Shown: piece after piece, positions 17,228 to 27,079 of the stretch
How the letters are laid out: each line of letters starts with the position of its first letter
Numbering within the stretch: position 1 is the first letter of the stretch
DNA from: Candidatus Methylomirabilota bacterium
GTDB taxonomy: Bacteria; Methylomirabilota; Methylomirabilia; Methylomirabilales; 2-02-FULL-66-22
Assembly (NCBI GenBank): GCA_016208645.1
Contig: JACQXP010000106.1
Span: forward strand, 1 to 43,879
DNA: 43,879 nucleotides
Direction: 5' to 3'
Program-made: the position numbers and the translations under genes
Notes under the pieces: model-generated
The model's database searches: none
Told to the model about the DNA's origin: nothing
The model's input: the letters and a program-made list of their open reading frames with translations, nothing else

Positions 17228-17310
17228 AAACTGGAAGATGGAAACTGGAAACTGGCAGCAGGCAGTTGGTTCTTCAGCATCCAATTTCCAATTTCCAGTT
17301 TCCGATTTCC
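17227..17310. repeat. 7-nt-period array, 12 units, inverted layout (GAAACTG ... AATTTCC)
   Basis: Reads gaaactg gaagatg gaaactg gaaactg gcagcag gcagttg gttcttc agcatcc aatttcc aatttcc agtttcc gatttcc. It starts on the last nt of the murB stop. Confidence 0.9.
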
Positions 17311-17319
17311 GGAGTTGCC

Positions 17320-18144
17320 GTGATTAGAGACTACCACACGCCCCGCTGGCGGGGCGGGCAGGGGAGGCGGGGGCGCGAGCGCTATCCGCGCCTGGCGCGC
17401 CTGCTCAAGATCCTGGGGGTCGTGCTCGTCCTCGCGGGGACCGGCGCCGGCCTCTGGGAAGGGTACCGGGCGGTCCTCCGCCTGCCCTACTTCCGGGTCG
17501 CGGAGATCCAGGTCGAGGGCAACCTCCAGGTGGCGAGCCAGGACATCATCGCCGGCCTGGCCCTGGCCCCGGAGACCAGCATCCTGGAGGTGGATCTCCC
17601 CGCCTTGGCGGGGCGCCTGCTGGAGAACCCTTGGATCAAGGAGGCCTCGGTGGGGCGGCGGCTCCCGCTCTCGCTCACCATCCGCGTCGTGGAGCGGATG
17701 CCGGAGGCGGTCTTCATCGCGGACCGGCGCTACCTGCTGAGCGCCGACGGCGTGATCCTGGCAGAGCTGGCCGAGGACGAGCTGCCCACGCTCCCGACGC
17801 TGCGTGCCGCCAGCCCGCGGCAGGTCACCATCGGCCAGCGAATCCTCACCTCGGAGATGGCCCAGGGCCTGTCGGTCTGGCGTCAGTTCCAGCTCGCCAA
17901 CGCGCTGCAGGAGGAGAAGGCCCACGAGATCGCGATGACGGGGGACGGGAGCTACGTGGTGAACCTGGGACAGCAGATGCCGGTGATCCGGCTGCGGGCC
18001 CAGGACATGGAGGGGCAACTGGGCCGGCTGGGCGCCGCGCTGTCCGCCAGCGGCCAGGCCCTGGAGCGGTTCGGTGACGTGGATCTGCGCTTTCGCGACC
18101 GGGTGATCTTCAAGCTCGCAGCGGGGACGACGGTCCGGCCGTAA
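17320..18144 (+). CDS. ftsQ: cell division protein FtsQ (POTRA domain)
   Basis: Basic N-terminus, TM segment LLKILGVVLVLAGTGAGLW, then POTRA-like FRVAEIQVEGNLQVASQDI. GTG 17320 is preferred. The ORF-track start 17266 lies inside the repeat array. Confidence 0.85.
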   Translation: MIRDYHTPRWRGGQGRRGRERYPRLARLLKILGVVLVLAGTGAGLWEGYRAVLRLPYFRVAEIQVEGNLQVASQDIIAGLALAPETSILEVDLPALAGRLLENPWIKEASVGRRLPLSLTIRVVERMPEAVFIADRRYLLSADGVILAELAEDELPTLPTLRAASPRQVTIGQRILTSEMAQGLSVWRQFQLANALQEEKAHEIAMTGDGSYVVNLGQQMPVIRLRAQDMEGQLGRLGAALSASGQALERFGDVDLRFRDRVIFKLAAGTTVRP

Positions 18145-18266
18145 CCCGGCATGGCCGGGGAACCAAGGAGAACACGCTTTCAAAAATATCGAATGTCGAA
18201 CAGCATTTTCCGCATAGCGTCAACTGAACGGGTCGAGCGACGGGGACGCAGAGGGAGGTGATGGGG

Positions 18267-19505
18267 ATGGCCAAGAACACCGGTGTGGTGGTTGGCCTGG
18301 ACATCGGCACGACGAAGGTCTGTGCCATCGTGGCCGAGAAGAACGGCGACGGGGTCGTGGACGTCATCGGCCTCGGCCACAGCCCCTCCCGGGGGCTGCG
18401 CAAAGGGGTGGTCGTCAACATCGAGGCCACGGTGGATTCCATCCGGCGGGCCCTGGAGGACGCGGAACTGATGGCGGGCGTGGAGATCCGGTCGGCCTTC
18501 GTCGGGATCGCCGGCGGCCACATCAAAGGGATCAACAGCCGCGGCGTCATCGCCATCGCGGGCAAGAACCGGGAGGTCACCCGCCAGGACATCGAGCGGG
18601 TCATTGATGCGGCCAAGGCGGTGGCCTTGCCGGTAGATCGCGAGGTGATCCACGTCCTGCCGCAGGAGTTCATGATTGATGACCAGGGCGGCATCCGGGA
18701 GCCGCTGGGGATGAGCGGCATCCGCCTGGAGGCCGAGGTCCACATCGTGACCGGGGCCGTGGCCTCGGCCCAGAACATCATCAAGTGCGCCAACAAGGCG
18801 GGACTGGAAGTGCAGGACATCGTCCTCCAGCAACTGGCCAGCTCCGAGGCCACCCTCACGCCGGAGGAGAAAGAGCTGGGCTGCGTCCTGGTGGACGTCG
18901 GTGGGGGCACCACCGACGTGGCGGTGTTCGTGGAGGGCAGCGTCTACCACACCGCGGTGCTGGCGGTGGGGGGCGACCTGCTCACCAACGACATCGCCAT
19001 CGGGCTGCGGACGCCCCACCCCGAGGCCGAATCCCTCAAGCGGAAGTACGGCTGCGCCCTGGCCAGCATGACCCGCCCGGACGAGAAGATCGAGGTCCCC
19101 AGCGTGGGTGGCCGCCGGCCGCGGGTCCTGTCGCGCCAGACGCTGTGCGAGATCATCCAGCCCCGCCTGGAGGAGCTGTTCTCCCTGGTGGATCGGGAGG
19201 TGCGGCGGGCCGGCTACGTCGGGCGGGTGAACGGGGGCGTGGTGGTTACGGGCGGCTCCTCCATCATGGAGGGCGTGCCCGAACTGGCGGAGCAGGTGTT
19301 CGATATGCCCGTGCGCCGCGGCATCCCGCGGGGCGTCGGGGGCCTCACGGACGTGATCAGCAGCCCCATGTACGCCACCGGGGTGGGCCTGGGCCTCTAC
19401 GGGGCCGCCCACCGGGACCGCCGCAAGTTCCGGCAGGTCACGGACCGGAACATCTTCGACAAGGTGGTCGCGCGGATGAAGGAGTGGTTCGGGGAAATCT
19501 TCTAA
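18267..19505 (+). CDS. ftsA: cell division protein FtsA
   Basis: [17 protein letters not shown] and the actin/Hsp70-fold motifs [10 protein letters not shown] and [18 protein letters not shown] at 18251-18258. Starts at 18258/18261 are also possible. Confidence 0.93.
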   Translation: MAKNTGVVVGLDIGTTKVCAIVAEKNGDGVVDVIGLGHSPSRGLRKGVVVNIEATVDSIRRALEDAELMAGVEIRSAFVGIAGGHIKGINSRGVIAIAGKNREVTRQDIERVIDAAKAVALPVDREVIHVLPQEFMIDDQGGIREPLGMSGIRLEAEVHIVTGAVASAQNIIKCANKAGLEVQDIVLQQLASSEATLTPEEKELGCVLVDVGGGTTDVAVFVEGSVYHTAVLAVGGDLLTNDIAIGLRTPHPEAESLKRKYGCALASMTRPDEKIEVPSVGGRRPRVLSRQTLCEIIQPRLEELFSLVDREVRRAGYVGRVNGGVVVTGGSSIMEGVPELAEQVFDMPVRRGIPRGVGGLTDVISSPMYATGVGLGLYGAAHRDRRKFRQVTDRNIFDKVVARMKEWFGEIF

Positions 19506-19521
19506 GAAGGGAGGAGAGCGC

Positions 19522-20685
19522 ATGACCATCAAGCTGGAGCTCGATTCGGATACGATGGCCAACATCAAGGTGATCGGGGTCGGCGGCGGCGGGTCGAACG
19601 CCGTGAACCGCATGGTCACGTCCAGCATGACCGGGGTGGAGTTCATCGTGGTGAACACCGACGTCCAGGCGCTGCGCCATTCGCCGGTCGAGTGCAAGCT
19701 CCAGATCGGGGAGAAGCTGACGAAGGGGCTGGGCGTGGGGGCCGACCCGGAGAAGGGCCGCAAGGCGGCCATCGAGGACACCGACAAGATCCTCCAGCAC
19801 CTCCAGGGGGCCGACATGGTCTTCCTCACGGCCGGCCTGGGCGGTGGCACCGGGGGCGGCGCGGCGCCCATCCTCGCCAACCTGGCCAAGGAGATGGAGA
19901 TCCTGACGGTGGGCGTGGTGACGAAGCCCTTCGTCTTCGAGGGGAAGCGGCGGGCCGAGCAAGCGGAGCGGGGCCTGGAGGAACTCAAGGCCACCGTGGA
20001 CAGCCTGATCATCATCCCCAACCAGCGGCTGATCAATCACGCCAGCAAGAACACCGGGGTGAAGGAGGCCTTCGCCATGGCGGACAACGTCCTCCGCCAG
20101 GCGGTCCAGGGCATCGCCGACATCATCGTGAAGCCCGGCTACATCAACGTGGACTTCGCCGACGTCCGGACGGTGATGTCGGAGCGGGGGATGGCCATGA
20201 TGGGGATCGGCGAGGCCACGGGGGACAATGCGGCCGTGGACGCGGTGCAAAAGGCCATCAACAGCCCGCTGCTGGAAAATGTCTCCATCAAGGGGGCGCG
20301 GGGGGTCCTGCTGAACTTCACCCATGCCTCGACCATGCCCATCTACCAGTTGAACGAGGCCTCCAAGATCGTCCACGACATGGTGGATCGGGACGCCAAC
20401 ATCATCTTCGGCGACGTCCTGGACGACGAGATGGGCGAGGCGGTCCGGGTGACGGTCATCGCCACCGGCTTCGACGGGGTGAACTCCGAGGCGGTGGAGG
20501 AGGCTCCGCGGGTCACGGAGCTCCGGCCCTATGCACAGAAGGCGGCGGCCGTGGCGGCGGGCGGGTCAGATCGGGGCACCTTCCTCCGCAAGGGCAAGAA
20601 GGCCGCCGGACCCCAGTTGGCCCTCGAAGAGGTCACCGAGGAGGTCCTGGACATCCCGACATTTCTTCGCCGGCAGGCCGACTGA
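19522..20685 (+). CDS. ftsZ: cell division GTPase FtsZ
   Basis: [17 protein letters not shown], the tubulin signature [12 protein letters not shown], and NVDFADV. Confidence 0.97.
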   Translation: MTIKLELDSDTMANIKVIGVGGGGSNAVNRMVTSSMTGVEFIVVNTDVQALRHSPVECKLQIGEKLTKGLGVGADPEKGRKAAIEDTDKILQHLQGADMVFLTAGLGGGTGGGAAPILANLAKEMEILTVGVVTKPFVFEGKRRAEQAERGLEELKATVDSLIIIPNQRLINHASKNTGVKEAFAMADNVLRQAVQGIADIIVKPGYINVDFADVRTVMSERGMAMMGIGEATGDNAAVDAVQKAINSPLLENVSIKGARGVLLNFTHASTMPIYQLNEASKIVHDMVDRDANIIFGDVLDDEMGEAVRVTVIATGFDGVNSEAVEEAPRVTELRPYAQKAAAVAAGGSDRGTFLRKGKKAAGPQLALEEVTEEVLDIPTFLRRQAD

Positions 20686-20716
20686 CGCGGCGAGCGTAGG
20701 CCTCGGGCGCCGGCGG

Positions 20717-20745
20717 TTGACCGACGCTCTGAAGTGCGGCAGAAT
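20717..20745 (+). promoter_or_regulatory. candidate promoter for the MNT/HepT pair
   Basis: TTGACC (20717-20722), 17-nt spacer, CAGAAT (20740-20745), 32 nt upstream of GTG 20777. Confidence 0.35.
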
Positions 20746-20776
20746 CTGGGCATCGCCTGAGGAGTAGGGCAGACCA

Positions 20777-21187
20777 GTGATACCGGTGCCGTCGATTTCA
20801 CCTGAGATCTTCAGGTCGTTCGGAATCCGGCTCGCGTACCTCTTCGGATCGCGGGCAGCGGGACGACCGGCGGAACAGAGCGACGCCGACGTGGCGATCC
20901 TGCTGTGCGAGCCGCACAGCCTGGACGATCTCTGCCGTGCCGTGGCCGACCTCGAGTCGGTGGTCGGCAGGACCCTCGGGTGCGCGGCGCATGTCATCCC
21001 CTTGAATGGCGCATCCGCGTTGCTGCGCTTCGAGGCGATTCGACACGGTCGGGTGCTCTTTGCCGCCGATGGAGCCGAGCGGATCCAGTTCGAGGTTCGG
21101 ACCCTGAGAGAGTACGAAGAGTTCCGCCGACGTCAGGACCTGTACTATCGCGCCATGCTCACCAGGCTCGTCGGGGTGGCCCCGTGA
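20777..21187 (+). CDS. mntA: nucleotidyltransferase-domain antitoxin (MNT/MntA-like)
   Basis: The minimal-NTase motif GS-x9-D-x-D is present in LFGSRAAGRPAEQSDADVAIL. Its stop overlaps the start of a HEPN gene (GTGA). Confidence 0.8.
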   Translation: MIPVPSISPEIFRSFGIRLAYLFGSRAAGRPAEQSDADVAILLCEPHSLDDLCRAVADLESVVGRTLGCAAHVIPLNGASALLRFEAIRHGRVLFAADGAERIQFEVRTLREYEEFRRRQDLYYRAMLTRLVGVAP

Positions 21188-21606
21188 TTGCGGCCACACC
21201 GATACGGGAGCGCCTGCTCGAGATCGAAGCCAATGCTCGGCTGCTGGCGGAACTTCGGGCCACCCCTGTCGAGGCGTTCGTCCGCGAGCCGAAGGTCTAC
21301 AAGCTTGCCGAGCGCTGCTTCCAGGTCGCTATCGAGTGCATGATCGACGTTGCTGACCACCTGATCGCCGAGCGTGGTTGGCCTCGGCCCGAGAGCGGGC
21401 ACGAAGCGCTTCGTACCCTCGGAGCACAAGGGGTACTTCCCCTGAGTTTTGCCGAGCGGATCGCACCCATGGCCGGCCTCAGAAACCTGCTGGTCCACGG
21501 GTATATGGCCATCGACCGGCGGAAGCTTCATAGCCACTTGTCCCGGGTGGAGGATTTCCGCGAGTTCATCCGACACGTCGAGGCGTACCTGGCGGCCTCC
21601 CCCTGA
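21184..21606 (+). CDS. hepT: HEPN-domain toxin (DUF86/HepT-like)
   Basis: R-x4-H HEPN motif in GLRNLLVHGY, about 140 aa, and a 4-nt overlap with the upstream NTase gene. Confidence 0.85.
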   Translation: MIAATPIRERLLEIEANARLLAELRATPVEAFVREPKVYKLAERCFQVAIECMIDVADHLIAERGWPRPESGHEALRTLGAQGVLPLSFAERIAPMAGLRNLLVHGYMAIDRRKLHSHLSRVEDFREFIRHVEAYLAASP

Positions 21607-21863
21607 CGCCTCTCGCCCCCAATCTCTGTTGCCTGCATCTCGATCGTTCGCTCCTCTCTCCCCTTGAGCCCCTCTGCCGCCCGTGATCCTTTGCCAAAAC
21701 ATAGAAGGGAAGTGTGTTTGTTGGTGCAAAAGCAACTCCACGCCAGTTTCTCTGCTCCAGGCCCGACCGGCGCGGCCCCCCGCGATTTACCAAGAGGGAG
21801 GTCACCACTCCCAGATTTGAGTCTATTCGGAGGCAGACGAACATCGCCGGACACTCCTCCGGG

Positions 21864-22271
21864 CTAGATGAACGAGACCTTATGGGTAGCCCCCGTCACC
21901 ACGAAGACCCGCTCGTTGTTCGACTCGGTGTCCGCCGGGATGACGAAGAACCCCGGCCGACTGGAATCATACCCCTGGGTGGTGCCAACAAGGATCTCTC
22001 CGTCCTTGAAGACCACCCGGATCTTTCGTCCCACCGCAGGCTTTTCGCGGTCGAACTCCTGGCGGCGCTTGTACGGCTGCGGTCTTCCCGCGAGGTTCTT
22101 GACGAAGAATATGGCCTTGAGGTCGGCGACGCGCACCTCCACAGGCTTTGATTGCGGGGGAGCGTCCGCGGGCGTGAGGTGCAAGGTTGGCTTGGTTTGG
22201 AGGAAGTCCCCAGTGAAACCCTTGAGGATCCGGCCATCCTGATAGTGAACCACGACCTTATTCTGGCCCAT
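21864..22271 (-). CDS. hypothetical protein, two internal beta-rich repeats (135 aa)
   Basis: ATG 22271 follows AGGAAGGGGGGAAG on the minus strand. KVVVHYQDGRILKGFTGDF...PAD...VRVADLKAIFFV repeats as KIRVVFKDGEILVGTTQGY...PAD...VFVVTGATHKVSFI. I cannot name a family. The ORF-track start at 22373 looks over-extended. Confidence 0.6.
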   Translation of the reverse strand: MGQNKVVVHYQDGRILKGFTGDFLQTKPTLHLTPADAPPQSKPVEVRVADLKAIFFVKNLAGRPQPYKRRQEFDREKPAVGRKIRVVFKDGEILVGTTQGYDSSRPGFFVIPADTESNNERVFVVTGATHKVSFI

Positions 22272-22672
22272 CGGTCTTCCCCCCTTCCTGCATGCCACAT
22301 CCCCCGTCGCAAGTGAAGGGCGAAGCAATTCTCTGGGTCGTGGCACTGGGCCACCCGAAATGGCCGCTGGCAACTGGCGTGAGGCCGCTGTGGCAGGGTA
22401 ACAACCCCGTCATCCCGCGTCAAGCGGCCGACACCCGGCGGGAATTGGGAACTCGGTGGTCCAGGAAGGATAGGCGTGGGCGTGAGGGGCGGCGCGCCGG
22501 TGGCGGAGACCCCGCGGGCCATGGACCTCCGAGCGTACGCGCCGAAGGCGGCCGCAACAGCGGCAGTCGGTGTGGATCGCGACGCCTTCCTTCGGTTTGT
22601 GGGACGTAGGGCGGGTATCGCGGTTTTCCTGGACGGGGGCTGGAGGGGCGACGGGGTGGTTGGACGCTCTGG

Positions 22673-22948
22673 TTACTCATAGATGACCTGATGCCGTCCG
22701 ATGCTGTGAAAGAGGACCTCGTCGGCTTCAAGAAACTCGAACACAACACGGATGTCGTGCGTGACGGAAAAAGCCCACAGATCTTTCAGTCGGCCCGACA
22801 GTTTGTGCGTGCGCAAGCGGGGATCAAAGGGGTTCGCACGAAAGATGCGCTCTCGGGTTTCGGCCATCTTCTGGGTTTCGGGTGGGAGGCGCTTGTACTG
22901 ACGGGCGAAGTGGGAGGTTACCCGGATGGTCGCAACCGGGCGCTTCAC
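22673..22948 (-). CDS. RelE/ParE-superfamily type II toxin
   Basis: 91 aa with ...HKLSGRLKDLWAFSVTHDIRVVFEF..DEVLFHSIGRHQVIY, the typical RelE/StbE-like C-terminal pattern. GTG 22948 overlaps the antitoxin stop (GTGA). Confidence 0.8.
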   Translation of the reverse strand: MKRPVATIRVTSHFARQYKRLPPETQKMAETRERIFRANPFDPRLRTHKLSGRLKDLWAFSVTHDIRVVFEFLEADEVLFHSIGRHQVIYE

Positions 22949-23208
22949 CGGAGGTCCGAGAGAGAGTTGATCTTCCGGGTCTTGCCCCGTTTGTGTTCTT
23001 CGCGACCCTCGGCCACCACCCGAAGGAGATGCTCCTCTTCGAGCTCTCGCAAGCGGGTTTGCATGCTCTCGAAGGTCTCATAATCGAGCAAGACGGCGAC
23101 CGGCCGTGAACGCTGGATCAACGTCCAAGGCTGCCTGTGCTCCCGCAGATCCTTGACGACCTGGGTTACCCCCTGGCGCAGGGTGCTGATGCTGATGATC
23201 TTTGCCAT
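22945..23208 (-). CDS. Phd/YefM-family type II antitoxin
   Basis: MAKIISISTLRQGVTQVVKDL...RPVAVLLDYETFESMQTRLRELEEE is the Phd/YefM N-terminal fold pattern. ATG 23208 follows GGGGAGG. The 217-aa ORF-track version is over-extended. Confidence 0.8.
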   Translation of the reverse strand: MAKIISISTLRQGVTQVVKDLREHRQPWTLIQRSRPVAVLLDYETFESMQTRLRELEEEHLLRVVAEGREEHKRGKTRKINSLSDLR

Positions 23209-23238
23209 CCTTTTAACCTCCCCACTGAGTGTACTGTC

Positions 23239-23267
23239 AACATATAGGCTAGCGATACAATTGTCAA
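23239..23267 (-). promoter_or_regulatory. candidate promoter of the Phd/RelE operon
   Basis: The minus strand reads TTGACA (23267-23262), 17-nt spacer, TATGTT (23244-23239). A second TTGACAGTACAC lies just downstream and could be an operator half-site. Confidence 0.45.
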
Positions 23268-23488
23268 GGCATGACCTGAGAGCCGAGAGTCGGAGGCCCG
23301 CTGGGCGGCCGAGAATCATGATCTGCCCTCGCGCACTTCTGGTGCCCCCTTGCACCTCCGCACCTCTGCTCCCCTGCATCGCTGCCCAGGGCACAAAGGT
23401 ACAAACACCTTGAACTCCCACGATTGCGCTGGTAGCATGCTTTCCACGTCCGGCCAGGGGAGCCGGACGGCCTTCCTGTGGTGAGCGC

Positions 23489-25222
23489 ATGATCTGGCAA
23501 TTCAAAGAGAAGGCGCGCCAGCGTCTGGCCCAAGAGACCGGAGCGGTCGTCAAGGACTGGGGCGGCCGCCTCCGCATCGCCCTGGTGTTTCCCAACACCT
23601 ACTACGTGGGGATGTCCAACCTCGGGTTCCAGACCATCTACTGGCACCTGAACCAGCGCCCCGGCATCGTCTGTGAGCGGGCCTTCCTTCCCGACCCCGA
23701 GGATCTGCCGGAACACGACCGCCTGCGGGTCCCCATCCTCAGCCTGGAGTCGCAGCGGCCCCTCGCCGAGTTCGACTGCGTGGCCTTCTCCACGACCTTC
23801 GAGAACGACTACCTCAACATGCTCAGGATCCTGGACCTGTCGGGGATCCCGGTCCGGGCGGCCGACCGGGGGCCGGGCGACCCCCTCGTGACCATGGGCG
23901 GCGTCTGCGCCTGGGCCAATCCGGAGCCTCTGGCTCCCTTCGTGGACTGGTTCTTCCTGGGGGAGGGGGAGGAGTCCAGCCACGAGGTCTTCGATCTGTG
24001 GCAGCAGGTCCGCGAGGGGGAGCGCCAGCCGGAGGCGGCGCGGGAGGAGTTCTTCCGGGCCCTCCCAGGGATCGAGGGGATCTACGTCCCGCGGTTCTAC
24101 GACGTGAAGTACCACGAGGACGGGAGCGTGGCCGACGTCGTTCCCTACGACGGGGCACCGCTGCCCGTGCGGAAGCGGCGCCTGGCACGAACCGACGACT
24201 ACGACACGGTCTCCATGGTCCGGACGGCCAACACCGAGTTCGGCGAGATGGCCCTCCTGGAGGTGGGGAAGGGGTGCGGCCGGGGCTGCCGCTTCTGCAT
24301 GGAGGGCGAGATCTATCGCCCGGTCCGGCACCGGCACATCGACGCCATCCTGCGCGCCGCGGAGACGGCGCTCCAGCGCGGGAAGCGGATCGGGCTGGTG
24401 GGCGCCTGCGTCTCCGACTACCCCTGGATCGACGAGCTGATGGCGGCCCTGCGGGCCAGAGGGGTGGACGTCTCCCTCTCCTCGGTCCGGGCCGACAGCT
24501 TGAGCCCCGGCCTGGTCCAGGGGCTCTTGGAGAGCGGCTCGCGGACGCTGACCATCGCCCCCGAGGCCGGGACGGAGCGTCTCCGGACGGTGATCCACAA
24601 GAGCCTCACCGATCAGCGCCTGTTCGAGGCGGTGGACCTCATCGCCGATTCCGGCGTCCCCCGGGTGAAGATGTACTTCATGATCGGCCAGCCGACGGAG
24701 ACGGCCGAGGACGTCGCCGGCATCATCGAGATGGCCAAGAAGGCCCGGCACCGCATCCTGCAGAAGCGGCGCGATCCCAAGAGCCTGGCGGAACTCACCG
24801 TGGGGGCGAGCTGCTTCGTGCCCAAGCCCTGGACCGCCTTCCAGTGGTGTGCCATGGCGGAGGTCCGGGCGTTGGAGGAGAAGATCCACCATCTCCAGCG
24901 GGAACTCCCGCGGGTCGGCATCCGCTTCACCCACGACGTCCCCAAGTGGGCCTTCCTCCAGGGAGTGCTGGCGCGGGGGGACCGCCACGTCGGAGACCTG
25001 TTGTCCCTGGCGCTCACGCACCGGGGCGACTGGAAGCGGGCCTTTCGGGAGTGGCCCCGCAACGCCGACTTCTACGCCTGTCGGGAGCGACCACTCACGG
25101 AACGGTTCCCCTGGGACCACTTCGAGGTCGGGACCAAGCGCGAGCGCCTGGAGATCGAATATCAACGCGCCATGGGCGTTGTGCCCGAGCGGCCGGTGAA
25201 GTGGAAGGCCTCGCTGGCGTGA
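23489..25222 (+). CDS. radical SAM protein with an N-terminal B12-binding-like domain (TIGR03960-like by recollection)
   Basis: CGRGCRFC (CxxxCxxC) cluster motif. N-terminal IALVFPNTYYVGMSNLGFQTIYWHLN. Confidence 0.88.
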   Translation: MIWQFKEKARQRLAQETGAVVKDWGGRLRIALVFPNTYYVGMSNLGFQTIYWHLNQRPGIVCERAFLPDPEDLPEHDRLRVPILSLESQRPLAEFDCVAFSTTFENDYLNMLRILDLSGIPVRAADRGPGDPLVTMGGVCAWANPEPLAPFVDWFFLGEGEESSHEVFDLWQQVREGERQPEAAREEFFRALPGIEGIYVPRFYDVKYHEDGSVADVVPYDGAPLPVRKRRLARTDDYDTVSMVRTANTEFGEMALLEVGKGCGRGCRFCMEGEIYRPVRHRHIDAILRAAETALQRGKRIGLVGACVSDYPWIDELMAALRARGVDVSLSSVRADSLSPGLVQGLLESGSRTLTIAPEAGTERLRTVIHKSLTDQRLFEAVDLIADSGVPRVKMYFMIGQPTETAEDVAGIIEMAKKARHRILQKRRDPKSLAELTVGASCFVPKPWTAFQWCAMAEVRALEEKIHHLQRELPRVGIRFTHDVPKWAFLQGVLARGDRHVGDLLSLALTHRGDWKRAFREWPRNADFYACRERPLTERFPWDHFEVGTKRERLEIEYQRAMGVVPERPVKWKASLA

Positions 25223-26085
25223 CCCGTTCACCGGTTCACCGTCTCCCCGATTCTCCGGTTCTCGTCCAATCCGAGATATTTCAGGAGTCGGACAGGGTCG
25301 CACACGCCTTCAGCACGCGGCAGGGTGGGGTGAGCCGGGCGCCCTTCGCCACGCTCAACCTGGGGACGAGCGTCGGCGACGATCCCCAGGCGGTGGAGGA
25401 GAACCGGCGCCGCTTCTTCGGGACATTCGGCATCGAGCCGTCGCAGGTGGTCCGGGTCAAGCAGGTGCATGGCGACGGGGTGCTGGTGGTGGATGAGACG
25501 CTGGTGGCCCGCCGGGGGTTCCCGCGCCTCCTCCTGGATGAGCGCTACGAATACGATGCGCTGATCACCAATCTCCCGGACTTGGCCCTGGTGGTCTCCA
25601 CGGCCGACTGCCTGCCGCTCTTGGTCCACGACCCGGTCCGCGGGGCCGTGGCGGCCGTGCACGCCGGCTGGCGGAGCACGGCCAAGCGGATCACCGCACG
25701 GGCGCTCCTGGCCATGACGGTCGCGTACGGGACGAATCCCGGGGACTGCCGGGTGGCCATCGGGCCCGGCATCCGCGGCTGCTGCTACGAGGTGGATGCG
25801 GCGGTGACCGATGCCATGCGGGCTGCCCTACCCGCCTGGGAGGAGCACGCCGCGGCGTCCCGACCCGGTCACGTCCGGCTGGACCTGGGAGGGGTGAACC
25901 GCGCCCTGCTGGAGGGTGCGGGCGTCCGCCCGGACCGGATCGACGACGTGGGCCTCTGCACCGCCTGCCGGCGGGACCTGTTCTTCTCCCATCGGGCGGA
26001 GAAGGCGCGAACCGGCCGGATGATGAATCTCATCCTATTGAGAGCCGAGAGCCGAGAGCCGAGAGCTGAGGGCCGAGAGGCGTGA
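25219..26085 (+). CDS. pgeF: purine nucleoside phosphorylase / peptidoglycan editing factor PgeF (YfiH/YlmD, DUF152)
   Basis: AFSTRQGGVS..PFATLNLG...VKQVHG...DALIT...TADCLPLL...AVHAGWR...CCYEV...CT..FFSHR are classic YfiH motifs. GTG 25219 overlaps the rSAM stop. The last ~16 codons are encoded by the repeat array. Confidence 0.85.
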   Translation: MTRSPVHRLPDSPVLVQSEIFQESDRVAHAFSTRQGGVSRAPFATLNLGTSVGDDPQAVEENRRRFFGTFGIEPSQVVRVKQVHGDGVLVVDETLVARRGFPRLLLDERYEYDALITNLPDLALVVSTADCLPLLVHDPVRGAVAAVHAGWRSTAKRITARALLAMTVAYGTNPGDCRVAIGPGIRGCCYEVDAAVTDAMRAALPAWEEHAAASRPGHVRLDLGGVNRALLEGAGVRPDRIDDVGLCTACRRDLFFSHRAEKARTGRMMNLILLRAESREPRAEGREA

Positions 26086-26123
26086 AGCGTGAAACGTGAG
26101 GCGAGAGGCGAGATAGGGGAGAG
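26040..26123. repeat. 7-nt-period array, 12 units (GAGAGCC x5 then GTGAAGC/GAGAGGC types)
   Basis: Reads gagagcc gagagcc gagagcc gagagct gagggcc gagaggc gtgaagc gtgaaac gtgaggc gagaggc gagatag gggagag. It contains the pgeF stop (26083-26085) and ends at the msrP SD. Confidence 0.9.
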
Positions 26124-26125
26124 TT

Positions 26126-27079
<954 letters not shown>

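Noticed and set aside
18171-18240. AT-richer ftsQ-ftsA spacer as an internal ftsAZ promoter
   Set aside because: The best hexamer pairs I could find match the consensus at only about 3 of 6 positions each. Plausible biologically but not supported by the sequence alone.
22292-22609. 105-aa + strand ORF and the 109-aa/208-aa minus-strand ORFs in the gap between the RelE gene and the orphan gene
   Set aside because: No SD, low-complexity Arg/Gly/Pro-rich translations, and the minus-strand ORFs overlap real genes.
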